64,000 bases of DNA from Pseudomonadota bacterium (GTDB lineage: Bacteria > Pseudomonadota > Alphaproteobacteria > Rhodobacterales > Rhodobacteraceae): contig JBCBKL010000011.1 in assembly GCA_038521825.1 (NCBI GenBank), positions 13,716 to 77,715 of the forward strand, given 5' to 3'. The notes beneath the pieces were generated by a model. It was not told the DNA's origin. It searched no databases and saw nothing but the letters and a program-made list of their open reading frames with translations. Shown here in pieces: positions 46,815 through 56,159 of the stretch. Every line of letters begins with the position of its first letter. Positions within the stretch are counted from its first letter, which is position 1. The position numbers and the translations under genes are program-made.

Positions 46815-49800
46815 TTAGGTGTTGGTCCGCTCGTCCGGCTTGACGCGGAAGAAGATTGTATAGAGCGCCGGGACAATGATCAGCGTGAGGATGGTCGCAA
46901 AGCTGAGGCCGCAGATGATCACGACCGCAAGCGATTTGAAGAACGGATCCCACAAGAGCGGCACCACACCTAGAACCGTTGTCACCACGCCCAAAGACAC
47001 GGGCCGCACGCGGCTGACGGCGGCGTCCACGACGGCCTCCATGCGCGCTTTGCCGTCGGCGATCTGCGTGTCGGTCTCATCAATCAAAACGATTGCGTTC
47101 TTAATCAACATACCCGTCAGCGACAGAATCCCAAGGATCGCCATGAACTCCAGCGGCGTTTGCGAAGCGGCCAGCCCATAGATCACACCGATCAGGGCAA
47201 GGGGCACCGTCAGCCAGATGATGATGGTTTGACGCCAGGCATTGAACAGGAACAGGACTACCAGGAACATCGCCCCGAAGCCCAGAGGCATGATCGAGGC
47301 AAGGCCCGCATTGGCCTCTTGCGAATTGCCATACTCACCCTTCCACTCCAGAGAGTAGCCCGGCGGCAGATCGATGGCTTCAATGGGTCCGCGCACAGCG
47401 TCAAAGAGATCCCCTGATAGCACACCGGTCGCGTTATCAGCCTGTGCCGTAATCGCAAGCTGGCGGTCGATGCGGCGAAGGTTTCCAGCTTCAAAGACGA
47501 TGTCGAACCGGTCCACGACTTGGGTGATCGGAATATAGCCGCCATTCGCCTGGGCGTAGACTTGAATGTTCCGGAGTTCGCCGATGTCATCGCGAGCATC
47601 CTCAAGCGGGCGCATCACGATGTTCCGCAACACATCTCGCTCGCGGTAAACTCCCAACGTCGTGCCATTCAGGTGGCTGTAGATCGCATTGGAGATCTCT
47701 CCTTGGGTCAAGCCAATACGGCGCGCGTTTTCGGTGTTGATCACCGGACGCACAACCTGCACCTGCTCGCGCCAGTCATCTTTGACGGCCACGGCCCCGG
47801 CTTGCGACAGGATGGTCTTGGCTTGACCCGCCAGTTCGCGCAGCACCGCCGGATCAGAGCCAAAAAAGCGCGCTTCGACCTTGGATCCACCACCGGGGCC
47901 CAGCACAAATTTCCAAACCTTGGCGTTCGATTCCGGATAGGTCTCATCAATATGGGTTTGCAGGTCTGCACGGAGGCCGTCGATAACGGTGTAATCCTCG
48001 ACATCCACAAGGATCTGACCATAGGCGGAATTGCCGTTCTCGGATTCATAAATCAGCATGAAACGCAGGTGCCCGCCGCCGATCACGGTATTGGTTCCGG
48101 TGACACCATCCAACCCACGCGCGTAGTCGGCGATTTCAAGCAGGTCCTGTTCGGTGCGCGCAATATCCGCGCCTTGCGGCAGGAAGTAGTCGATGACGAA
48201 TTGATCGCGGGTCGAGGACGGAAAAAACCCTGGCGGCACGGCGCTGAACATCACAATCGCGGATGTAAACAGGGCCACAGCGCCGCCCGCAGTCAGCCAC
48301 CGCATGCGGATGGCAGCGGCAAGCAAGCGCCTGTAACCGGTGAGCAGCGCATTTTCCTTTGGCTCTGCGTCCGCTTTGCCTTGCTTCAAGAGCAGCGTGC
48401 AGTAGTACGGCGTGAGCCATATGGCGATGAGCCACGAGAACAGCAGCGCGATACCGATGGTCCAAAACAGGCTACCGGCATATTCGCCGGTATTGTCCGG
48501 CGAAAACCCGATGGGCGAAAAGGCCAGGATGCCCACAATCGTCCCACCCAGCAGAGGCCATGTCGTTTGTTTTACCACCGCGCGAGAGGCTTCGGCGGTA
48601 TCTTCGCCCCGTTGCACACGTACAAGAGTGCCTTCGACCACGACGATTGCATTGTCGACCAGCATGCCCAGGGCAATGATCAGCGCCCCTAGCGAGATCC
48701 GCTGCATATCGAGGCCATAAAGATACATGCCGAACAGGGTCCCCGCCACCGTCACCAGCAGGATGCCCCCCATCAGAATGCCGGACCTGAGACCCATAAA
48801 GATCAAAAGCGTGCCCACCACGATGGCCAACGCCAGCACAACATTCACAACGAAGTCGTTGACCGAAGCCTCGACGCTTGCCCCCTGATCAGAGATCGGC
48901 AGGACGCTGATGCCAATGGGCCGCTCGCTTTCCAGCGCGTCGATCCGGTCCTGAACCGCCTTGCCCATCGTCACCACGTTGCCGCCCAGCGTGTTGGAAA
49001 TGCCCAATCCGATGGCCTGTTCCCCGTTGCGGAACAGCAGTGAGGACGGCGGCTCCTTGAGCCCCCGAGACACGGTCGCGATATCCCTCAGCCTAAATGA
49101 CGTGCCCGTCTGCGGGTTCGTGATCAGAAGGTTTTCGATGGCTTCAATAGAGCCCACGGCCCCTTCCGGCCGCACCGACAACCGTGACAGACCGGCAACG
49201 ATGGACCCAGCGGGCGTCACAAGGTTCTGACCTTCGAGCAATTGCTGGATCTGGGCTGGTGCCAGCCCCAGCTCTGTCAGGCGCGCAGGGGAATATTCGA
49301 CATAGATCACTTCCTCCTGCACGCCGCTCAGAACGACTTTGGAGACGCCATCCACCGTCACTAGGTCACGCTGCAAATCCTTGGCATATTCATACAGATC
49401 CGAGATCGTGAAACCTTCGCCAGTGATGGCGTAGTACTGGGCATAAACGTCGCCGAAATCATCATAAACCTGGCTGGGTAACGCATTGGGCGGCAGGCCC
49501 GATTGCGCGTCCGAAATCTTGGCGCGCATTTTGGAAAACACTGCATCCAGCTCCGGATAATCCGATGTCGCAGCGATGGTAAATTCGACGGTCACGGTGC
49601 TGAGACCTGGAGAGGACACCGACCGCACCTCATCCACACCCGCCAATTGTTGCAAAGCATTCTCGACAACCTCGGTGACTTCTTCTGCGACCTGTTCGGC
49701 CGAGGCGCCGGGATAGGGTGTGATAATCTGAGCTTGCCGGATCACGAATTCCGGGTCTTCGAACCGTGGCAGCGCGGTATAGGCAAAGTACCCAGCACAG

Positions 49801-49865
49801 AGGATCAGAACCGTCGCGACAGCAGAGATCAGCCGCTTTTCAAGGGCGAACCGAGCAAGATCCAT
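46815..49865 (-). CDS. Efflux RND transporter permease subunit (AcrB family)
   Basis: 1016 aa, 12-TM AcrB-type architecture, MDLARFALEKRLISAV... Confidence 0.92.
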   Translation of the reverse strand: MDLARFALEKRLISAVATVLILCAGYFAYTALPRFEDPEFVIRQAQIITPYPGASAEQVAEEVTEVVENALQQLAGVDEVRSVSSPGLSTVTVEFTIAATSDYPELDAVFSKMRAKISDAQSGLPPNALPSQVYDDFGDVYAQYYAITGEGFTISDLYEYAKDLQRDLVTVDGVSKVVLSGVQEEVIYVEYSPARLTELGLAPAQIQQLLEGQNLVTPAGSIVAGLSRLSVRPEGAVGSIEAIENLLITNPQTGTSFRLRDIATVSRGLKEPPSSLLFRNGEQAIGLGISNTLGGNVVTMGKAVQDRIDALESERPIGISVLPISDQGASVEASVNDFVVNVVLALAIVVGTLLIFMGLRSGILMGGILLVTVAGTLFGMYLYGLDMQRISLGALIIALGMLVDNAIVVVEGTLVRVQRGEDTAEASRAVVKQTTWPLLGGTIVGILAFSPIGFSPDNTGEYAGSLFWTIGIALLFSWLIAIWLTPYYCTLLLKQGKADAEPKENALLTGYRRLLAAAIRMRWLTAGGAVALFTSAIVMFSAVPPGFFPSSTRDQFVIDYFLPQGADIARTEQDLLEIADYARGLDGVTGTNTVIGGGHLRFMLIYESENGNSAYGQILVDVEDYTVIDGLRADLQTHIDETYPESNAKVWKFVLGPGGGSKVEARFFGSDPAVLRELAGQAKTILSQAGAVAVKDDWREQVQVVRPVINTENARRIGLTQGEISNAIYSHLNGTTLGVYRERDVLRNIVMRPLEDARDDIGELRNIQVYAQANGGYIPITQVVDRFDIVFEAGNLRRIDRQLAITAQADNATGVLSGDLFDAVRGPIEAIDLPPGYSLEWKGEYGNSQEANAGLASIMPLGFGAMFLVVLFLFNAWRQTIIIWLTVPLALIGVIYGLAASQTPLEFMAILGILSLTGMLIKNAIVLIDETDTQIADGKARMEAVVDAAVSRVRPVSLGVVTTVLGVVPLLWDPFFKSLAVVIICGLSFATILTLIIVPALYTIFFRVKPDERTNT

Positions 49866-49869
49866 GTGA

Positions 49870-51105
49870 TCAGTTCCCGACCTGAGTGATCGGGCGGATT
49901 GTCATGCCTTCAATGATTTCGCTGACGCCGGCCGAGACGATCACATCGCCATCCTCCAGACCATCCGTCACAACCACCTGCGATCCGTTGGCTTCGCCCA
50001 AGCTGACGTCTTGCTGGGAAACAACTCCGGATGCGTCCACGCGCCAAACAAATGGGGCTCCTTCGGGTGTCGCGGCAATAGCCGATAGCGGCGCGCTTAC
50101 CTCTGCCGCGTCTCCTTCGGTCGATGCAATCACCCGCGCGACCATTCCGGGCAGGATCACCGCACCTTCTGGCACCTCGACCGCTGCGCGACCGCGGTAG
50201 GTCTGTGTGGCACTGTCTGCCTGTACCGAAAATTCCACGATTTCTGCCTCGAATTCCTGCCCCGGCAGTGCATCGAAGACGGCCATGTTGGTGATTTGGC
50301 CCGGACCATTGCGCGTGAGCGCGATGACATCTGGGCTTGGGATGTCGAAGGCCAGATGCACCACATCGAGGCCCTGCAGCAAAACGATGCTTTGGCCTGC
50401 TTGGACGTTCGAGAAATTCTCGATGTCGCGCCGTGCGACGATCCCGGCGAACGGAGCCAGAAGCGTTGCATCCGACAGGCTATCACGCGCTACTTTGATC
50501 TGAGCATCGATCCCACGAATTGCGGCCTCAGACGCGGCAATGTCTTCGGGTCGACCGCCCACTTGGCCTATCCGCAGTTGCTCTTCCTGCGCGCGCAGAT
50601 TGGCTTCGGCGACGCGGAATTCGGCCTGCGCCCCTTCGAATTGCGCCCGCGTGGTAACCCCACGGTCCAGTAGTCCCTGCGCGCGATCCAGTGCATCCCT
50701 GGTCTGATCAACCTGTGCCTGCGCCGATGCCACAGCCGCCTCCAGTGCCACGATCTCTTCGGCCCGGGCACCGGCACGCAACGCCTCAAGCTGGGCTGTT
50801 GCCTGATCGCGCTGGCTTTGAAGCTGCGCAATCTGGTTCTCGAAATCCCGCGTGTCGATCTGCGCGATCACATCGCCCTGTGCGACGTCTGATGCGGCGC
50901 GGACAGGCAATTCGATCACCTGGCCCGATACTTTGAACGACAACTCGATTTCCCGTGACGGCAGAACACTGGCCGGGTAGCTGCGCGAGATCGTCGAAGA
51001 CGATGCGGTAACTTCGGCAACTTTGGCCGGGCGGGGCGCCACATCTTGCGCCCACACAGGTCCGCAAAACGCGACCAACGCGCTCAAAACACTGAATCGC
51101 CACAT
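49870..51105 (-). CDS. Efflux RND transporter periplasmic adaptor subunit (HlyD/MFP family)
   Basis: 411 aa. Signal peptide MWRFSVLSALVAFCGPVWA, coiled-coil hairpin region, beta-barrel C-domain. 4 nt upstream of the RND permease gene. Confidence 0.88.
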   Translation of the reverse strand: MWRFSVLSALVAFCGPVWAQDVAPRPAKVAEVTASSSTISRSYPASVLPSREIELSFKVSGQVIELPVRAASDVAQGDVIAQIDTRDFENQIAQLQSQRDQATAQLEALRAGARAEEIVALEAAVASAQAQVDQTRDALDRAQGLLDRGVTTRAQFEGAQAEFRVAEANLRAQEEQLRIGQVGGRPEDIAASEAAIRGIDAQIKVARDSLSDATLLAPFAGIVARRDIENFSNVQAGQSIVLLQGLDVVHLAFDIPSPDVIALTRNGPGQITNMAVFDALPGQEFEAEIVEFSVQADSATQTYRGRAAVEVPEGAVILPGMVARVIASTEGDAAEVSAPLSAIAATPEGAPFVWRVDASGVVSQQDVSLGEANGSQVVVTDGLEDGDVIVSAGVSEIIEGMTIRPITQVGN

Positions 51106-51195
51106 AGAAAATTGCTCCTGCTCACAGAACTGTCTGTACTGATCCGTAAAGCAATTGCCCGAAGACTGGAACGGACTTTGAGCGAACTGCAGCAG

Positions 51196-51627
51196 ATGCT
51201 CCTTGGAACTGGCTTACTCACGCTGAGCGCGATGACCCATGTTGCGGCGGTTGCCCCGAGCGTCCCGATGTTTGGCAGGCTCTCAATTCGGTTGCCAGAA
51301 AAGCGATGGCCGCTTTTTCGGATTGTGGCCCTGCTGGCGCTTGCTGTGTTTGTTTTGGTGTTTGCCCACACGGTTCAGGTCTGGACCTGGGCCCTGAGTT
51401 TCCTTGCCATCACCGCGTTGCCCGACCTGTCCACGAGCTTCTACTTCGCGACAGTGACCTAAACGACACTCGGGTACGGCGACATTGTCCTGGGACCAGA
51501 CGCCCGCAATGTCGCGACGTTTTGTGCGATCACTGGGCTTTTGACGTTCGGGATCAGCGCGGCGTTTCTGATTGGTGTTCCGACCAGAGTTTTGCCTGAT
51601 GTTTTCAGCAACAATCGTGTTTCCTGA
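51196..51627 (+). pseudogene. Small two-TM potassium channel gene interrupted by an in-frame TAA immediately before the selectivity filter
   Basis: The frame reads ...LSTSFYFATVT-TAA(51460-51462)-TTLGYGDIVLGPDARNVATFCAITGLLTFGISAAFLIG... to TGA 51625-51627. TTLGYGD is the K+ filter signature. Confidence 0.6.
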
Positions 51628-51799
51628 AAGTGAACAACCGGATGTGTTATGGCCTTGAAGAGGCGATACCCGTTCCGAAGCACAAGGCTCCGATCGTGAT
51701 TTCCAATGGCTTGCAAAAGCAAGAATCGAAAAAGCGCTCTGCTTGTCAGTCCGTGACGGAGCGTTTGCACATTCCCCAATTCCCCAGTGCTTATCATGA

Positions 51800-51829
51800 T
51801 TGTTAAAGTGAACGGTAGAAACCGTTCAC
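51800..51829 (-). terminator. Intrinsic terminator downstream of the recombinase gene
   Basis: On the minus strand GTGAACGG-tttcta-CCGTTCAC (8-bp stem, 51808-51829) is followed by TTTAACAAT. Confidence 0.55.
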
Positions 51830-51874
51830 CCAATTCTCAGAGATCAATCTGCTCAGAAATGCTCAAAGCGTCTT

Positions 51875-52468
51875 TTACTCAACGCCAAGGTATCGCACTG
51901 TGCTGTCGACCTTTGTTTGGCCCAACAAGAGTTGGACCGCTCTGAGATTGCCGGTCTTGCGATAGATCTCGGCCGCCTTGGTACGTCGAAGCGAGTGAGT
52001 GCCGTATCCGCTCGGTTCCAGCCCGATGGACTTGACCCACCCGCGGACAAGTCTTCCATATTGACGCGTCGAGATATGAGGACGGCCATGGAAACGGCTT
52101 GGGAGCATGAAGCGATAGGCGATCATTTCCGGCGAGTTGACCCATGCGATAACTGTTTCTCGCCTGTTTTCAGTGAGTTCAAACTGAACCGGTCTTTTGG
52201 TTTTGCTTTGGATCACCGAAACTCTTTCTCGTACGCAGTCATCTTTGACGAGATCGGTCACCGCAAGCTTGACCAAATCGCATCCACGCAATTTGCTGTC
52301 GATAGCGACATTGAACAGCGCCAGATCTCGAAGGTTGCCCGCAAGTTCGAGACGCGCGCGGATCGCCCAAACCTGTTTGGGGAGGAGCGGACGTTTTTGG
52401 CCCGCTATGCGCCCCTTATTCCAAGCTCTGCGCTTTGGGGTGACTGCAAGAAGTTGAACTCTTGGCAT
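51875..52468 (-). CDS. Short tyrosine-type recombinase/integrase (catalytic domain only), probably decaying
   Basis: Track ORF is 51875-52510; ATG 52468 (MPRVQLLAVTPKRRAWNKG). Box I ..DSKLRGCDL.., box II YGTHSLRRT...LLLGQTKVDSTVRYLGVE. The -1 frame after the stop encodes VKDALSISEQIDL-stop (to 51837), suggesting a 1-nt deletion near 51876. Confidence 0.75.
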   Translation of the reverse strand: MPRVQLLAVTPKRRAWNKGRIAGQKRPLLPKQVWAIRARLELAGNLRDLALFNVAIDSKLRGCDLVKLAVTDLVKDDCVRERVSVIQSKTKRPVQFELTENRRETVIAWVNSPEMIAYRFMLPSRFHGRPHISTRQYGRLVRGWVKSIGLEPSGYGTHSLRRTKAAEIYRKTGNLRAVQLLLGQTKVDSTVRYLGVE

Positions 52469-52802
52469 GATATGCCCTCCGATCCTCCCTCCTAACCCAG
52501 GCGTCAGCACAACCCTGACAGTGAGATTTTACCTTATCGGCAACTCGGCCTTGTGAGGTTCTCTGACTGGCGGCGTTTGCATGGTTTCTGTTCCAGCCGC
52601 ATGGCAGCGCCGATCATCGAGCACCTGCAGAGATTTTCGCGCTGCGAGCACACGCCGCAAAAATCCAAGACTTTCGCTATGGGCTCAAACCCAACCTGAG
52701 CTGCAATGCGATCCAATGACGGTAAGTCGGGACAAAGAAAGATACCACTGAGTTTGTGCCAATGGCTGCCTTCGGACCGTTTCCAGCCAAGCGCGTCGTT
52801 TT

Positions 52803-53864
52803 CTAGCGCAGCCGCTTTTCCGTCTGGGCATTGAAGAACATTGCGTTGGCTGGATCGAACTGCACCGCCACCTCTGTCCCTTCCTCCATGGCGAGATCGC
52901 CCTTGCTTTCCACGACCAGCCGCTCGCCTGTGGGCGTGGTGAGGTAGTCATACGCGACACCACCCAAACGCTCTCGTATGTCGAGGCGCACGGGTGAGGG
53001 TGCTGCGCTGATCTCCATCTCTTGCGGGCGCAGGCCCACGATGACCGGGCTGCCGTCGGTTGGCAAGGCAACGGCAGTGTCGACCCGCATGTCCTGCAGG
53101 GCAGGGACGCGGACCGCGCCACCATCGACCACGCCGCTCACAAAGTTCATCGAAGGCGAGCCAATGAAGCCCGCGACGAACTTGTTGTCAGGATCTTTGT
53201 ACAAATGCATCGGGCTGCCGACCTGTTCGATGTATCCGGCGCGCAGCACCACGATCTTGTCGGCCAGCGTCATCGCCTCGACCTGATCATGTGTCACGTA
53301 AATCATCGTCGCGCCAATTTCCTTATGCAGCCGCGCGATTTCGACCCGCATGTCGACCCGCAATTCGGCATCGAGGTTTGACAGCGGTTCGTCGAACAGA
53401 AACACCTCGGGCCCTCGGACGATGGCGCGCCCGATAGCGACCCGCTGGCGCTGGCCTCCTGACAGCGCCTTGGGTTTGCGTTCAAGGTATTCGCCCAGTT
53501 TGAGAATGCGCGCGGCCTCATCGACCTTGGATTTGATGGTGTCCTTGGGCTCGCCATTCATTTTGAGACCGAAGCCCATGTTCTCTTCGACCGTCATATG
53601 GGGGTAGAGCGCATAGGTCTGGAACACCATCGCCACGCCGCGATCCGCCGGGTCGGCATGGGTCACCTCGCGCCCGCCGATGCTGATTTGACCCGCTGTC
53701 GTCTCTTCCAGCCCGGCGATCATCCGCAAGAGGGTCGACTTGCCACATCCCGAGGGCCCGACGAAAACGCAGAATTCACCATGCTCGATCTGAAGGTCGA
53801 TGTCGTGGATGACTTGCGTGGCGCCATATTTCTTGACGGCTTTTTCGAGCGTTACGCCTGACAT
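52803..53864 (-). CDS. Sugar ABC transporter ATP-binding protein (UgpC/MalK-type)
   Basis: Track ORF is 52803-53912; ATG 53864 (MSGVTLEKAVKKYG). Walker A GPSGCGKST, LSGGQRQR, and a C-terminal TOBE/MalK regulatory domain. Confidence 0.9.
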   Translation of the reverse strand: MSGVTLEKAVKKYGATQVIHDIDLQIEHGEFCVFVGPSGCGKSTLLRMIAGLEETTAGQISIGGREVTHADPADRGVAMVFQTYALYPHMTVEENMGFGLKMNGEPKDTIKSKVDEAARILKLGEYLERKPKALSGGQRQRVAIGRAIVRGPEVFLFDEPLSNLDAELRVDMRVEIARLHKEIGATMIYVTHDQVEAMTLADKIVVLRAGYIEQVGSPMHLYKDPDNKFVAGFIGSPSMNFVSGVVDGGAVRVPALQDMRVDTAVALPTDGSPVIVGLRPQEMEISAAPSPVRLDIRERLGGVAYDYLTTPTGERLVVESKGDLAMEEGTEVAVQFDPANAMFFNAQTEKRLR

Positions 53865-53877
53865 GGGTGTCTCCGTT

Positions 53878-54666
53878 TCATTGACTTGGGAACTGCCAGC
53901 TTTCGGCGGCATGGGCGATCTGGCTGGCAGTTTGTTTCAGATCGGGGATGTATCGGTCGAGATCACCGAGCGTGTTGCGTTCGGTCGAGGTGGTGATCGA
54001 TAGCGCACCCATTACGCGACCGGCCTGGCCGAGTATCGGGGCGGCGACGCAGATGATGCCAGGCTCATGCTCCTGCCGGTCATAGGCGACACCATCGCGG
54101 CGGATCTCGTCGAGCTCGGCCAACAAAGCTGGGGCGTTTGTTAACGTAGACGGCGTGTGTGCAAAAAAGGCCTGCCGATCGACGGCGCGGGCTTGTGCCC
54201 CTGGGTCGAGAAAGGCAAGCATCGCCTTGCCCACGCCGGTGCAATAGCCGGGGCCAACCTTGCCAGCCTGACTAAACATTTCAATGGGTTGGGCGGCGTT
54301 CCTCTTATCGACATAGAGAACCTGACCACCGTCAAGTTGCGCCAGATGCACCGTTTCGCCCACCTTTTCGGCGAGGGCATCGATATGGGGGCGTGCAATG
54401 GGGGCCAGCGCACTTTGCTGCCACGCCGCATGGGCAAGCCGGACAAGGCGAAGGCCCGGTGCATAGGTCTGCCGCTCGTCATCGTAGCGCAGCATGCCTT
54501 GCGCGGTCAGGGTTTGTACCAAACGGTAGAGCGTCGCCTTTGGCAGGGCAGAACGGCCTTGCAGCTCGGAAAACCGGACCGGGCGGCCAAGCTCGGCCAC
54601 GAGGTCAAGGACGTCGAGCGCCTTGCCAATCGTTCCTTCGCCGGTCCCACGGCTTTGCGTGTTCAC
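53878..54666 (-). CDS. IclR family transcriptional regulator
   Basis: 262 aa. N-terminal wHTH (KALDVLDLVAELGRPVRFSELQGRSALPKATLYRLVQTL) and a C-terminal IclR effector domain. Confidence 0.9.
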   Translation of the reverse strand: MNTQSRGTGEGTIGKALDVLDLVAELGRPVRFSELQGRSALPKATLYRLVQTLTAQGMLRYDDERQTYAPGLRLVRLAHAAWQQSALAPIARPHIDALAEKVGETVHLAQLDGGQVLYVDKRNAAQPIEMFSQAGKVGPGYCTGVGKAMLAFLDPGAQARAVDRQAFFAHTPSTLTNAPALLAELDEIRRDGVAYDRQEHEPGIICVAAPILGQAGRVMGALSITTSTERNTLGDLDRYIPDLKQTASQIAHAAESWQFPSQ

Positions 54667-54722
54667 TGGATCCTCCCCAGCGGTGCGAGGAATCTATTGA
54701 CCTGTTCCTCTCGCGCCCGCAT

Positions 54723-54761
54723 AGTTCCAATAGTTGGGATTAGGTTTCACTATGTGGAACT
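54723..54761. promoter_or_regulatory. Imperfect inverted repeat AGTTCCAATAG ... CTATGTGGAACT; candidate IclR operator
   Basis: Read directly in the divergent iclR / SBP spacer. The arms match except for one extra base. Confidence 0.35.
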
Positions 54762-54815
54762 TCCTGTCAAAGGAAATCTGGCAGGCGAGAACCCAAAACA
54801 ACTGGGAGGACACCT

Positions 54816-56048
54816 ATGTACCGAACGCTCAAGTCGGCCGTTGCCGCGCTTGCTTTGACGTCGCTCATGGCCGGATCGGCCCTGGCGCGTGATCTGGTCA
54901 TCAACTTTGACGACCTGAACCCCGGCCCGAAAAAGGGCTTTGACGACGCTGTTGCGCAGTTCCAGAAAGAGAATCCGGACATCAACGTCATCGTCAACAA
55001 CAACGACCGCGAAGCGCACAAGACCGCGATCCGGAACTTCCTCACCGCGGACGCTCCGGATGTTACCAGCTGGTACCCGGGCAACCGGATGGCGCCCTTT
55101 GTCGATGCGGGCCTGTTCGAGCCGGTGACCGATCTTTGGGCGCAGGAGGGGTTCAAGGAAGACCTCGCCGCTATCATGCCGACGATGAGCCGTGACGGCG
55201 AAATCTGGGGCGTCCCCTACAGTTATTATCAGTGGGGTATCTACTACCGCAAAGACATCTTTGATCTGCTTGAGCTGGAAGAGCCGCAGACATGGGACGA
55301 GCTGCTCGCGGCTTGCGGCAAGATGAAGGAGAATGGCGTCACACCTTTCACCATTGGGACAAAATTCCTTTGGACGGCTGCCGGTGTCTTTGACTATATC
55401 AACTTGCGCACCAACGGCTATGACGTGCACAACGACCTGACGGCGGGCAAGATTAAGTACACGGATCCGCGCATTCGCCAGACATTCGCCAACTGGGAAC
55501 AGCTGATCAACGAATGCGGTTTTATCGACAACCACGCCTCGATGAGCTGGCAGGACGCGCTGGCGCCTTTCGCAAACGGCGATGCGGCGATGTACGTTAT
55601 GGGCAACTTTGCCGTTGACGGCATGAAGAACGCCGGACTGACGGCGGATCAGATCGATTACTTCCCATTCCCGACCATCGATCCGAACGTCGCCCGCGCC
55701 GAAGAGGCGCCGGCAGATGCGTTCTTTATCCCGACCAACGCCAAGAACAAGGAAGACGCGCGTAAGTTCCTTGCCTTTGTCGCCCGTCCGGACGTTCAGG
55801 CGCAGTGGAACAAGACGATTGGCCAGCTGCCGATCAACTCCAAGGCCGAGATCAGCGATGACAAGTTCATCCAGGAAGGCTTTGCCACCGTGTCGACGGC
55901 TGCGGGTATCGCGCAATTCTACGACCGGGATGCGCCTGCTGCCATGGCCAAGGCGGGCATGGAAGGGTTCCAGAGGTTCATGCTGGACACCTCGACCGTT
56001 GATGAAGTGCTGCAGCGCCTCGATGAGGTGCAGGCAGATGTTTACTAA
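54816..56048 (+). CDS. Carbohydrate (galactoside-type) ABC transporter substrate-binding protein
   Basis: Signal peptide MYRTLKSAVAALALTSLMAGSALA. Family-1 extracellular solute-binding pattern. Confidence 0.88.
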   Translation: MYRTLKSAVAALALTSLMAGSALARDLVINFDDLNPGPKKGFDDAVAQFQKENPDINVIVNNNDREAHKTAIRNFLTADAPDVTSWYPGNRMAPFVDAGLFEPVTDLWAQEGFKEDLAAIMPTMSRDGEIWGVPYSYYQWGIYYRKDIFDLLELEEPQTWDELLAACGKMKENGVTPFTIGTKFLWTAAGVFDYINLRTNGYDVHNDLTAGKIKYTDPRIRQTFANWEQLINECGFIDNHASMSWQDALAPFANGDAAMYVMGNFAVDGMKNAGLTADQIDYFPFPTIDPNVARAEEAPADAFFIPTNAKNKEDARKFLAFVARPDVQAQWNKTIGQLPINSKAEISDDKFIQEGFATVSTAAGIAQFYDRDAPAAMAKAGMEGFQRFMLDTSTVDEVLQRLDEVQADVY

Positions 56049-56061
56049 GACCTGACCGGAT

Positions 56062-56081
56062 GGCCCGCTTTCGGGCGGGCC
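56062..56081 (+). other. Intercistronic stem-loop after the binding-protein gene
   Basis: GGCCCGC (56062-56068) pairs with GCGGGCC (56075-56081), a 7-bp stem, 14 nt after the SBP stop. Confidence 0.4.
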
Positions 56082-56159
56082 GTCCACCTCATCGGCGGGC
56101 CAACCCCCGCATGCGGCGCGAGCCGTGTCAGAACACCAACCAGAAAGCGAGGCGATCCC

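Larger units (their letters stand above)
45233..52802. mobile_element. Putative degraded genomic island (lower-GC block ending in a decaying tyrosine recombinase gene)
   Basis: Hand-counted 60-nt samples give about 45-53 % GC in gltS, the RND permease and the integrase region, versus about 58-62 % in flanking blocks. Includes a recombinase remnant and two disabled genes at the right end. Boundaries are not defined. Confidence 0.35.

Noticed and set aside
47520-48692. 390-aa plus-strand ORF
   Set aside because: Antisense to the RND permease gene. No recognisable motif.
51459-51833. 124-aa minus-strand ORF between the channel and integrase genes
   Set aside because: It overlaps the filter-encoding part of the channel gene in antisense and has no motif or SD. 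Rejected as an excisionase candidate.
52511-52802. Possible relic of an AraC-type HTH (minus-strand peptide ..LPSLDRIAAQVGFEP..)
   Set aside because: Only about 15 residues resemble the AraC second helix-turn-helix, and the downstream sequence does not continue the motif in any frame. Too short to support.
54750-56087. 445-aa minus-strand ORF
   Set aside because: Antisense to the substrate-binding protein gene, which has a signal peptide and SBP pattern.
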